Below are positions 39,390 to 48,375 of a stretch of DNA of 64,000 bases, piece after piece. A program made the position numbers and the translations under genes. The stretch spans positions 768,001 through 832,000 of the forward strand of contig CAWGJT010000005.1 in assembly GCA_963822965.1 (NCBI GenBank), given 5' to 3'. The stretch is from an uncultured delta proteobacterium. GTDB lineage: Bacteria > Myxococcota_A > UBA9160 > UBA4427. The notes beneath the pieces were generated by a model that was not told the DNA's origin, did no database searches, and worked only from the letters and a program-made list of their open reading frames with translations. The first letter of the stretch is position 1. Each line of letters opens with the position of its first letter.

Positions 39390-42325
39390 TGCCCGTCACC
39401 CGTCGTTGCAGGCTCCTGCTGGCCTCCGCCCTGCTGGCCGTCGTCTCGGTGGGCACGGGCTGCTCGGACCTCCCCGCCATCCTCGTCGCGACCCCGGTCC
39501 ACGGCGCGTTCACCCTGGACCCGGCGGTCACCGTGAGCGGCATGGCGGCGAACATCGACCCGGCCAACGCCTCGCTCACCGTGAACGACGAGCCCGTCGC
39601 CGTGCAGCCGGGAGGCGCATTCCAGACCACCGTCACCATCGACCCGGCCATCGTCTTCAACCCGATCGTCATCGAGCTGACGGACACCGCCAACGGCTAC
39701 GTGACCCGTAAACGGATCACCGTCATCGCCGGCGAATCCGTCGCGGACGGGGACTACTCGCCCGCGAGCATCGCCCTGCGCATCAACGACTCGGGCCTCG
39801 ACACCCTCGAGGGAGTGGTCTCGGATCTCGTCGACTTCGACCCGTCGGCGCTCGCGGCCCCGGGCACCGTCGTCCTGGACGAGTGCGTGTCCCGGCTCTT
39901 CGGCTTGTGCGTCGGCAGCGCCAAGGTGACCGTGGTGAACCCGCCGCCTGCCATCTCGGGCTTCGGGATCGAGATGGACTCGATGACGAACTTCGTGGCC
40001 GCCGACGTCCTCGTCGACGACCTCGTGCTGAACCTCGACATCGACGGCAGCGGCATCGTCCCGAGCTGCGGGCTGGTGATCACCGCCGCGACGACGGACA
40101 TCCTGGGAGACTACTCGCTCGAGCCGGACGCGGCCGACTCCACGACGGTGGACGTCAACCAGCTCCCGGGCGTCCAGGTGGTCTTCGGGAGCTTCCAGGA
40201 CGATCTGAACGGCGGCATCTGCGACGTGCCGATCATCGGTGACATCATCCAGCTCTTCCTGCCCGACATCCAGACGCTCTTCACCAACGGCTTCCTCGAC
40301 CTGCTCGAGGACCCGGACGGCGCCGGGTCCCAGGATGCGGTCATCGCCGACGCGATCGAAGAGGCCCTGGCGGGAATCGAGATCTCCGGCCCCATCGGTC
40401 AGAGCCTCGGCGTGGTGCTCGAGACACCGATGTTCGGCATCCCGGAGGACCCGAACGGACTCACCCTGGGCACGGACACCCGGGTGATGGCGTCCATCGG
40501 GACGGGGGTCGGCCAGTGCGACGCGCCACCGGGAACGCCGGACCTGGCGGCCTCGTTCCACGTCGACGAGCCCTTCCCGTCCTTCGGGACGACGACGCCC
40601 GGCGGCCTGCCCTACCAGCTCGGCATCTGCATCTCGACGTCCGCGTTCAACCAGCTCTTGAAGGCGCAGATCGAGTGCGGCCTGCTGCAGCTGCAGCTCA
40701 CCGAGCTCGACCTCGGCACCGGTCCGCTGCCGCTCACGGCGGGGACCCTCTCCCTGCTGATCCCCGAGCTGGGCGTCTTCCCGCCGGCTTCGCCCCTGGT
40801 GCTCGAGCTGCACCCCACCCTCGCGCCGCTGCTGACGGGCAACCCCGGCCCGGCCGGTGAGCTGGCCGAGCTGCGCATGGGCCAGCTCGAGCTCGAGCTG
40901 CGGGACGCGACGCCCGGCGTCGAACGCCCGCTGCTCGTCGTGGCGATCGACTTCCGGGCGGGCCTGGAGCTGCTGGTGGACGACGCCACCGACCAGCTGG
41001 CGCCGACGCTGACCGGACTCGATCCCCAGGACGTGAACATCACCTTCATCGACAACCTCGTGCAGACGGACGAGGCGACCCTGAAGGCCGCCCTGCCGAC
41101 CCTGCTCAGCGTGGCGCTGCCGCAGCTCGGCTCGAGTCTGGGCTCCTTCCCGATCCCGAGCTTCCTCGACCTGGAGCTCGACCCCGTGGAGATCTCCCGG
41201 GCCGGCCAGTTCATGTCGATCTTCGCCGACCTGACCGTGCCGCTGCTCGGCAACGGAAACATGGAGACCGTGGCCGACGGTCCGGCGGACGGCCTGGACT
41301 GGGAGGGCGACGCCTTCACGATCGTGGCCGCCGAGAACGGCGTCACGCCCCAGAACGGAAGCGCGATGCTGCGCTTCGACGGTACGGCTCCCGGCGGCGC
41401 CTCCGCGGGTCCGGACGCCATCGTCTCCCAGGAGGTCGACCTCGCCGCCCATGCCGCCGAGATCGCCACCGGGCACGCCAGCTTCCAGGCGACCGCCTTC
41501 TTCGACCGGGTCGACGCGGGTCCGGACACGGACAGCGAGTTCCAGATCGTCCTCGAAGCGCTCGACGGAGGCGGGCTCGTCGTGGCGTCCGCCGGCCGCA
41601 TCCTGGCGAGCGACGGCGACCCGGCCGGCTGGGAGGACCACGTCACGGGGCTGCTGCTGCCCGCCGGCACCGCCCGCGTGCGGGTGAGCCTGGTGGCCAG
41701 CGAGAACGTCCTCGACGACACGGTGTCGCCCGAGTTCGACGGACACTACGCGGACAACGCCCGGGCCCGCATGCTGCCGCCCCTCGTGGTCGACAACGGC
41801 GACATGGAGAATGCGTCCGACGGGCTCGGCGACGGCGTGGGCTGGGAGAACGATCTCTTCTCGATCGTCGGCGCCGAGAACGGCGTCTCTCCCCACGGCG
41901 GCTCCTCGATGCTCCGCTTCGACGCCACCAACGGCACCAGCGCCAGCACCCAGGGCGCCGCCAACGTCTTGCAGACCGTCGACGTGAGCGAGTACGCGAA
42001 GCTGATCCAGACGGGCACCGCCACGATCAACGCCAGCGCCTTCTTCGACCGGGTGGACCTCGACGCCCAGACGGATACGCAGTTCTTCCTGGTGCTCGTG
42101 GCGCAGGACGCCGGCGGCAGCAACCTGGGCCAGATCTTCACGCCGATCTTCACGGACGCCGACGTCGGCACCTGGGAGCCCCACCAGACGAGCCTGGTCC
42201 TGCCGGCCGCGACCGTGCAGGTGCAGGTGCAGCTGCTGGCCTTCGAGAACGTCGCGAACGACAGCGTCGCGCCCGAGTTCGACGGACACTACGCGGACGA
42301 CGTGAGCGTGTGGATCACGCCCTGA
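39386..42325 (+). CDS. Large lipoprotein (979 aa): Ig-like domain, BPI/LBP/CETP-like two-domain region, two tandem CBM-like domains
   Basis: Lipobox VGTG-C. Ig-like VTVSG...LTVND...IELTD. BPI-like motifs IALRINDSGLD, ISTSAFNQLL, LLIPEL, FPIP...FMSIFADL. About 181-aa C-terminal duplication. GGAGG RBS and ATGA overlap. Confidence 0.72.
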   Translation: MMPVTRRCRLLLASALLAVVSVGTGCSDLPAILVATPVHGAFTLDPAVTVSGMAANIDPANASLTVNDEPVAVQPGGAFQTTVTIDPAIVFNPIVIELTDTANGYVTRKRITVIAGESVADGDYSPASIALRINDSGLDTLEGVVSDLVDFDPSALAAPGTVVLDECVSRLFGLCVGSAKVTVVNPPPAISGFGIEMDSMTNFVAADVLVDDLVLNLDIDGSGIVPSCGLVITAATTDILGDYSLEPDAADSTTVDVNQLPGVQVVFGSFQDDLNGGICDVPIIGDIIQLFLPDIQTLFTNGFLDLLEDPDGAGSQDAVIADAIEEALAGIEISGPIGQSLGVVLETPMFGIPEDPNGLTLGTDTRVMASIGTGVGQCDAPPGTPDLAASFHVDEPFPSFGTTTPGGLPYQLGICISTSAFNQLLKAQIECGLLQLQLTELDLGTGPLPLTAGTLSLLIPELGVFPPASPLVLELHPTLAPLLTGNPGPAGELAELRMGQLELELRDATPGVERPLLVVAIDFRAGLELLVDDATDQLAPTLTGLDPQDVNITFIDNLVQTDEATLKAALPTLLSVALPQLGSSLGSFPIPSFLDLELDPVEISRAGQFMSIFADLTVPLLGNGNMETVADGPADGLDWEGDAFTIVAAENGVTPQNGSAMLRFDGTAPGGASAGPDAIVSQEVDLAAHAAEIATGHASFQATAFFDRVDAGPDTDSEFQIVLEALDGGGLVVASAGRILASDGDPAGWEDHVTGLLLPAGTARVRVSLVASENVLDDTVSPEFDGHYADNARARMLPPLVVDNGDMENASDGLGDGVGWENDLFSIVGAENGVSPHGGSSMLRFDATNGTSASTQGAANVLQTVDVSEYAKLIQTGTATINASAFFDRVDLDAQTDTQFFLVLVAQDAGGSNLGQIFTPIFTDADVGTWEPHQTSLVLPAATVQVQVQLLAFENVANDSVAPEFDGHYADDVSVWITP

Positions 42326-42334
42326 GGCGCGCTC

Positions 42335-42422
42335 CATCCGCGTGAGGCAGCCCGCGGCTTCAGCCCGTGGCTTCATCCGCGTGAGGCAGCCCGCGGCTCC
42401 ATCCGCGTGAGCCGGCCCGAGG
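42335..42422. repeat. 13-bp period tandem array of two unit types (A=CATCCGCGTGAGG, B=CAGCCCGYGGCTY), order A-B-B-A-B-A-B'
   Basis: Units start at 42335, 42348, 42361, 42374, 42387, 42400 and 42413, between convergent genes. Confidence 0.85.
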
Positions 42423-43643
42423 TCAGCTCGCCGCCACCAGGTCGCGGTAGTCGTCCGGCATCAGGGCTTCGAGCCGCGCCGTCCACCCCCGGATCAGGGT
42501 GTCCCCGCGTCCGCTCGAGAAGTCGATCATCTCGGCTCCGGCGATGACGCGGTAGACCACGAAGAGCATCGACAGGCGGTAGTCCCGCAGGCAGGCCTCG
42601 AAGTCGTAGCCGTCCACGCCGTGCTCGCACAGCGCTTCGTGGTAGGCCGACACCAGCTGCCGCTCGCAGCCCGCCGCCACCTCCGCGGGGAGGTTGCCGC
42701 TCACGAAGTAGGCCGCGTCCAGCGCTCCGGGACCCCGGCACACGGACTGCCAGTCGAAGGCGGTGACGCGCGTCGCGGCGCCCTCGCCCTGCAGGAAGAG
42801 ATTGTCGAGCCGGTAGTCGCCGTGCAGGAGCGTGCACGGGGCCTCGCCGATCCGCCTCGTCAACGCGGGGCCGTGCTCCTGCAGCCAGTCGGCCAGCTCG
42901 ACGAAACGCGGCGGCAGGGATGCGCCGAAGCCGGCGAAGAAGCCTCGGCGATGCTTCCGGTAGAGAACGTCGAGGTAGCGGCTCAGGGCGTACACGGGAG
43001 GCACCCAGCCGAGCCCAGCGAGATCCGCGTGCTGCCACCACCGCGCGTGGACGACCGCGATGTGACGCAGCACCGACTCCGCCTCCTCGCAGGTGCAGCC
43101 TGCGACCTGGTCTCCCAGCCGCCGCGCGGGTGCGAGGTCCTCGAGCAGCAGCAGGTAGCGGCGCCGGCTCCGCGCCGCGAGCCACATGCCGAAGGGCACC
43201 AGGATGCGCACGAGCCAGCGCGGCAGGCGATCGAGGAAATCCAGGATCTCCTGCTCCCGACCCGCCGCCGGGTTCGGGTCCATGGAAGCGTGGTAGCAGA
43301 CGGGCTTCGGAATCGGAACCGCGTCGGCGAGCTCGCCGTAGAAGCGCACCTCGCGCTCGTAGGCGCCCAGGGCTTCTCCGAGCTGGCGGTTGCGATCGAG
43401 CCCGATGGGCAGCTTCGCGATCACGGAGTCCGGCGCTCCGGCCTCGAGACGATCGTAGTCGAGCCGCAGACGCACGATCTGGCCGACGAAGCCCTCGCCC
43501 TCGCCCAGCCGCTGGGGCTCGCACGCGATCACGCGGCTCTCCCGAATCACACCGCACTGCCGCAACACGGCGGTCAGCCAGTCGGGGCTGAGCTCCTCGA
43601 CGCGCTGGGGGATGTCCGGCGCGGGAAGCCGTCTGGTGGGCAT
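42423..43643 (-). CDS. Ecdysteroid-kinase/DUF1679-like APH-family phosphotransferase
   Basis: SVIAKLP, REVRFY, LLLLEDL, TLLHGDYRLDNL, FDWQ...GPGALDAAYF. Confidence 0.85.
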   Translation of the reverse strand: MPTRRLPAPDIPQRVEELSPDWLTAVLRQCGVIRESRVIACEPQRLGEGEGFVGQIVRLRLDYDRLEAGAPDSVIAKLPIGLDRNRQLGEALGAYEREVRFYGELADAVPIPKPVCYHASMDPNPAAGREQEILDFLDRLPRWLVRILVPFGMWLAARSRRRYLLLLEDLAPARRLGDQVAGCTCEEAESVLRHIAVVHARWWQHADLAGLGWVPPVYALSRYLDVLYRKHRRGFFAGFGASLPPRFVELADWLQEHGPALTRRIGEAPCTLLHGDYRLDNLFLQGEGAATRVTAFDWQSVCRGPGALDAAYFVSGNLPAEVAAGCERQLVSAYHEALCEHGVDGYDFEACLRDYRLSMLFVVYRVIAGAEMIDFSSGRGDTLIRGWTARLEALMPDDYRDLVAAS

Positions 43644-43757
43644 CGGCCGTCACTCCAGGAATCGGACAGCGAAGCGGATCGGCGCAGCATATCACGCACG
43701 TGCGAGCGCGGATCGCGGACCGAGCCGACGGGACGCGATCCGCGATAGCATGTCGCC

Positions 43758-44423
43758 ATGAATCTCCTCTACACCGCGCACGTACCGTCGGGCGCCGGTC
43801 CCTTCCCGACGGTGCTCGCGCTGCATGGTTGGGGTGCAGGCGCCCATGACCTGCTGGGCCTCTCGCCCTACCTCCACCGCGGCGGGGCGCTCGTCCTGTG
43901 TCCGCAGGGACCGGTCGCGATCCAGACCGCTCCCGGGCAGACGGGCTACGGGTGGTTTCCGATCACCGCCGGTCGGCCCCCGGATCCCTCGGCCTTCGCG
44001 AAGGGACGCGACGCGCTGGCCGCCTTCGTCGATGAGGCCTTCGCGCGCTATCCGGTGGATCCGCGAAAGACCGTCGTCCTGGGCTTCAGCCAGGGCGGCG
44101 TGATGGGCTTCGACCTCGTCCTGCGCTCGCCGGAACGCTTCGCGGGCCTGGCGGCGCTCTCGACCTGGCTGCCGGACGAGCTCACGAGCCAGGTCGCCGA
44201 CGGCGAAGCGCTCCAGCGCTTCCCCGTCCTGCTCCAGCACGGCACGGCGGACCCCATGATCCCCGTCGAGCGCGCGCGGGAGTCCCGCCAGCGCCTGACC
44301 CGGTTGGGTGTCGATCTCAGCTATCGCGAGTACGACATGCAGCACGAGGTGCAAGCGGAGTCGCTGCGCGACCTCGTCGCGTGGATGGACGAGAAGGTCT
44401 TCGAGCCGATTCGGCTCGCGTGA
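43758..44423 (+). CDS. Phospholipase/carboxylesterase (Abhydrolase_2)
   Basis: LHGWG, GFSQGG, HGTADPMIP, MQHEV. Confidence 0.88.
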   Translation: MNLLYTAHVPSGAGPFPTVLALHGWGAGAHDLLGLSPYLHRGGALVLCPQGPVAIQTAPGQTGYGWFPITAGRPPDPSAFAKGRDALAAFVDEAFARYPVDPRKTVVLGFSQGGVMGFDLVLRSPERFAGLAALSTWLPDELTSQVADGEALQRFPVLLQHGTADPMIPVERARESRQRLTRLGVDLSYREYDMQHEVQAESLRDLVAWMDEKVFEPIRLA

Positions 44424-44457
44424 CCCGGCGGCCGGCCCGAGCCGGCGGGCCTGGGAG

Positions 44458-44521
44458 CGCGGCCCAAGACCCGGTCTTGGGCCGCGGTTCCGGCGCAAAG
44501 GGAGCCCAACGGGCTCCCTTT
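44458..44521. terminator. Twin hairpins, probable bidirectional intrinsic terminator
   Basis: CGCGGCCCAAGAC-CCG-GTCTTGGGCCGCG, then AAAGGGAGCCC-AAC-GGGCTCCCTTT, between convergent genes. Confidence 0.65.
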
Positions 44522-44522
44522 G

Positions 44523-45297
44523 TCAGTCGAGGTCTACGATCACCGGCGCGTGGTCCGAGGCCGTCAACCCGTCCTTCTTCTTGCGATACTCGCGGTCGAT
44601 CTCCACGGAGCGCACCCGCTCCAGGGCGCTTCGGGTGGCCAGCACGAAGTCGATGCGCAGGCCGAGACCACGGTGGAAGGCGCCGCCGCGGTAGTCCCAC
44701 CACGAGAACTCGCGGCTCTCGGGGTGCCGCTGTCGAAAGACGTCGTACAGACCCCAGTCGAGCAGCCGCCGGATCCGCGTCCTCTCCTCGTCGGTGTGGA
44801 AGATGTGGCCGCTGGTGCTCCTCTTCGCTCCAGGTGTCGAGGGGACCCGGGCACACGTTGAAGTCGCCACAGACGACGGCGGGCTCCTCCGGGTCGGCCG
44901 TCTGCTCGAGGTGCTCCGCCAAGGCGTCGAACCAGGCGAGCTTCTTCGGAAAATCCTCGTGGCCGACCGCCTTGCCGTTCGGGCAGTAGACGGTGGTGAA
45001 GACGAGATCCTCGACTCGTGCGGTGACCAGCCGGGCGCCCAGCTCCCCCTGCCCGGGCAGCCCGCGCTGCAGCAACACGGCCGGCTTGCGGCTCAGGATC
45101 GCCACGCCGTTCCAGGCCTTCTGGCCGTGGGTCACCGCACCGTAGCCCTCGGCCTCGAAGACGTCCGCTGGAAAGCCCTCGTCCTCGAGCTTCAGCTCCT
45201 GCAGACCGACGACGTCGGGCTGGCGCGCACGCAGCCAGTGCAGCACGAAGTCCATGCGGGCCCGAAGGCCGTTGACGTTCCAGGTGGCGATGCGCAT
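44523..45297 (-). pseudogene. xth: Exodeoxyribonuclease III with a single-base frameshift (pseudogene or sequencing error)
   Basis: MRIATWNVNG...LQELK...GQKAWNGVAILS...YCPNG...CGDFNV in one frame. GHIFHTDEER...FSWWDYR...GLRIDFVL...SDHAPV in another. Span is 775 nt (3n+1), with the shift near 44810-44816. Confidence 0.85.
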
Positions 45298-45340
45298 GGG
45301 GCAGGAGGGTAGCAGCCGGCCGAAGCGCCCGTCCCACCGC

Positions 45341-45700
45341 TCAACGCGACGAGAGCGGCATCGCCAGCAGCGCCAGCCAGCCGGCGATCAGGCACAGCCC
45401 GCCCAGCGGAGTCACCGGCCCCAGCCACGAAGCACGCGTCAGCACCAGGGCGTAGATCGACCCGGAGAAGAGCAGGATGCCCAGGGCGAAGAGCGTGGCG
45501 GGCCACTGGACCGCGCGGCCGGATTGCGCGGCGTAGAGCGCCAGGGCCAGCAGCACCACGCTGTGCAGCAGGTGGTACTGGCTGGCCGTCGTCCAGGCCT
45601 GGAGGGACTCCGCCGCCACCCGTCCACGTAGGCCGTGGGCGCCGAAGGCGCCCGCCACCACGGCGAGGGCACCGGAGAGCGCTGCAATTGCGATCCACAT
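45341..45700 (-). CDS. DUF423 (YgdD/TMEM256) membrane protein
   Basis: GAFGAHGL, YHLLHS, GILLFSGSIYAL, GPVTPLGG. TGATG overlap with the upstream gene. Confidence 0.9.
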   Translation of the reverse strand: MWIAIAALSGALAVVAGAFGAHGLRGRVAAESLQAWTTASQYHLLHSVVLLALALYAAQSGRAVQWPATLFALGILLFSGSIYALVLTRASWLGPVTPLGGLCLIAGWLALLAMPLSSR

Positions 45701-47037
45701 CAGGGGGACTCCACGGCTCGCTCGCGGCCGGCTCGCCGGCCCGAAGCGTCTCGAGGGTTGACTCGTTCCGGACTTCGCTGTCGTCTCGCCATTTCGCTCA
45801 GCAACGGCGCGGAGGCGCAGATCAGCAGTAGCGCACCGAGGGGTCGGGCGTTCAGGCCGGCGCGGAGCCAGGCGTCCGTCTCGCGCTGGACGTACCAGGC
45901 GTTCTCGTGGCTCTCGGGACCCCCGGCGAGCGCGGTGCCCAGCACGAAGAGGACCACCACCGCGGCGCGGCAGGCGGGCGGCAGGTCGATCTCGCGCTGC
46001 TGCCACCAGAACGGCAGCAGCGCGAGGGGCACCAGCAGAAAGAGGTAGTAGTGGATCCAGACGATGGGAAACACGAGCACCATCAGCGCCACGCCGAGCC
46101 CCAGCTCGAGCTCGAGGCTTCCGGCTCGCGGGTCGCGATCGGGGGGCGGTCGCGCTGGCCACAGCAGCCCGCGACCCGTCGCCAGCAGCAGGCCCGCCAG
46201 CGCCGCGATCACGGCGTAGACGGCGAGCCGCTCGCCCGCGGGCCGCGGCACCGGCACCCAGTCGGCCAGTCCCCGATCCGAGAGCAGGCGCATGAATGCG
46301 CCGTCGAGGCTCTGGTTGTTGAAGGCGGCGTGCACCCGACCGAAGTTGTCGAGGATCACGCGATCGGCGTACTCGTACATGCGCCCCGGACCGAAGAAGA
46401 CGAAGGACGCGAGAACCGCGGCCGCCACCACCGCCGCCGCCACACCCGTCATGCCCAGGCGGCGCCGCAGGGCCAGCAGCGGCAGCAGCAGCAGCGGTGG
46501 AATCTTGATGCCGCAGACGAAGCCCAGCAGCAGGCCGGCCCACCGCCCGCGACCTTCCCGGGCCAGCAGGTAGACGAGCGCGAAGACCACCACCAGGAGG
46601 GGCGTCGTCTGCCCGAGCGCCAGGCAGCGACGCATGACCGGCGCGAAGGCGAAGAAGACGAGGGCCACGAGCGCGGCCCGGGGCAGGTCGAGTGGCGGGA
46701 AGTACCGATGCACCGCGAAGAGGAGCAGCCCGAAGACGAGGGCGAAGCAGGCCACGCTGACCCACCACCACAGCTCCCAGGCGGCCTCGTAGTCCAGCCA
46801 ACCCAGGGGCATGCAGAGCACCGCCACCACCGGCAGGTTCGTGAACCACTTCCGCTGGGTGGAGTAGATGCGGTCGGGGTGCCCTTCGAGCAGGACGCGA
46901 CCTGCCCCCCAGTAGGCGGGAAAGTCGTTCAGGCGCACGCCGTGGACCGCGGGCAGGGAGAGGGCGAAGTGGAGCGCCACTGCGGCGATCAGGATGCCGC
47001 CGCCGATCCCGCGCGCGCGCCGGCCGCTCCGCGCCAC
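45700..47037 (-). CDS. GT-C glycosyltransferase family 87 (DUF2029) protein
   Basis: NDFPAYWGAG, FTNLP, LGQTT, IKIPP, NQSL, PIVWIHYY. Multiple TMs. Confidence 0.82.
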   Translation of the reverse strand: MARSGRRARGIGGGILIAAVALHFALSLPAVHGVRLNDFPAYWGAGRVLLEGHPDRIYSTQRKWFTNLPVVAVLCMPLGWLDYEAAWELWWWVSVACFALVFGLLLFAVHRYFPPLDLPRAALVALVFFAFAPVMRRCLALGQTTPLLVVVFALVYLLAREGRGRWAGLLLGFVCGIKIPPLLLLPLLALRRRLGMTGVAAAVVAAAVLASFVFFGPGRMYEYADRVILDNFGRVHAAFNNQSLDGAFMRLLSDRGLADWVPVPRPAGERLAVYAVIAALAGLLLATGRGLLWPARPPPDRDPRAGSLELELGLGVALMVLVFPIVWIHYYLFLLVPLALLPFWWQQREIDLPPACRAAVVVLFVLGTALAGGPESHENAWYVQRETDAWLRAGLNARPLGALLLICASAPLLSEMARRQRSPERVNPRDASGRRAGRERAVESP

Positions 47038-47038
47038 G

Positions 47039-48127
47039 TCAGTCGAGAGCGCGAACCAGCTGCAACGCGCTCTCGGCCAGCATGTCGATGCGCTTCTTGA
47101 ACACCGCCGTGTCGGGGCTGTCGTCGCCCATCACGCCCTTCAGGTAGCGGGAGAGCACCCCCTCGACGATGGCCGCCAGGCGCCAGTACTGGAACGAGCG
47201 GTAGTAGTCGACGTTCGTGACCTCGTGACCCGTCTGCTTCGAGTAGGCCTCGATGAACTCCGCTCGGGTCGGGAACCCACCCGCGGCGGTCGGCGAAACC
47301 GCCGTCTCGGCGGTCATGGGATCGCCGGGCTGCGCCCAGTTGTTCATGATGTACCCGACGTCCGCCAGCGTGTCGCCCAGGGTGCAGAGCTCCCAGTCGA
47401 GCACCGCTCGCACCGTCGAGTCCTCGCCGGAGAGCATGTTGCCCAGCCGATAGTCGCCGTGGACGATGCCGGTGAAGGTCTGCTCGGGCTTCGCCGCGAG
47501 GAGCAGCTCGTAGGTCTCCTCCATCGCGGGCAGCTCGCGCGTCTTCGACTTCTCCCACTGGGTGCGCCAGCGCTTCAGCTGCCGGTCGAGGTAGGCCTGC
47601 TTGCGGCCGAGATCGCCGAGCCCGACGGCGTCGGGATCGACCAGGTGGAGTGCGCCCAGGGTCTCGATCACCGATTCACCGAGGACGCGGCGCTGCTCCG
47701 GTCGCGGCAGCACCCGGCTCGTGAGCTCGGCGGTGTCGAGCACGTGCCCGTCCACGAAGTCCATCACGTAGAACGGCGCGTCGTTCACCGAGACGTCCTC
47801 GCACAGGCCGAGGGCCCGGGGAACCGGGACGCTGGTCTTGCCGACGGCGCTGATGATGCGGTGCTCCCGCGCCATGTCGTGGGCGGTCGCCAGCACCGCT
47901 CCCAGCGGCGGCCGCCGCAAGACGGTCCGCACGCCCTTCGCGTCGGTCACGCGATACGTCAGATTCGAGTGCCCGCCCACGATGAGCTCGAAGCGGAACG
48001 GGGGCGCCGCGCCCTCGATGTGGTCGGCGAGCCAGGCGCTGACGGACGCCGCGCGGATTCCGCGGACGTCTCCGGCTGCTCCGGCTCGCTTCTCGGGGTC
48101 CCCGGCGGACGTCGTCGAGTCGCTCAT
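47039..48127 (-). CDS. Phosphotransferase family protein (APH, ACAD10/11 N-terminal-like)
   Basis: GGHSNLTY, VLRRPP...AHDMAREH, FYVMDFVDG, VHGDYRLGN, VLDWELCTLGD. Confidence 0.9.
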   Translation of the reverse strand: MSDSTTSAGDPEKRAGAAGDVRGIRAASVSAWLADHIEGAAPPFRFELIVGGHSNLTYRVTDAKGVRTVLRRPPLGAVLATAHDMAREHRIISAVGKTSVPVPRALGLCEDVSVNDAPFYVMDFVDGHVLDTAELTSRVLPRPEQRRVLGESVIETLGALHLVDPDAVGLGDLGRKQAYLDRQLKRWRTQWEKSKTRELPAMEETYELLLAAKPEQTFTGIVHGDYRLGNMLSGEDSTVRAVLDWELCTLGDTLADVGYIMNNWAQPGDPMTAETAVSPTAAGGFPTRAEFIEAYSKQTGHEVTNVDYYRSFQYWRLAAIVEGVLSRYLKGVMGDDSPDTAVFKKRIDMLAESALQLVRALD

Positions 48128-48282
48128 GGAGGTATTCAACTCGATTCCACAGACCCCCGCCACGGCCGCCCGGACGCCTGCCGGCCGCCGCTCGGCACCG
48201 CGAACGCGTCCTGCCCGCTGCACCCTGCAGCGGGTGGGATGCGGACGAGGCGCGTCTCCGGCGGTCCAGACCGTTGCCCGGG

Positions 48283-48298
48283 TGGCACGGCGATTGCT
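48283..48298 (+). promoter_or_regulatory. Sigma-54 (-24/-12) promoter
   Basis: TGGCACG-GCGA-TTGCT, an exact match to the consensus, 77 bp upstream of ATG 48376. Confidence 0.75.
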
Positions 48299-48375
48299 CC
48301 CCTCCCTCGCATCGCGCCCGTCGACGGGAGCGGCCGGACGAGAGCGCCGGCGGCGCCCGAGCGAAGGGGGAACGG

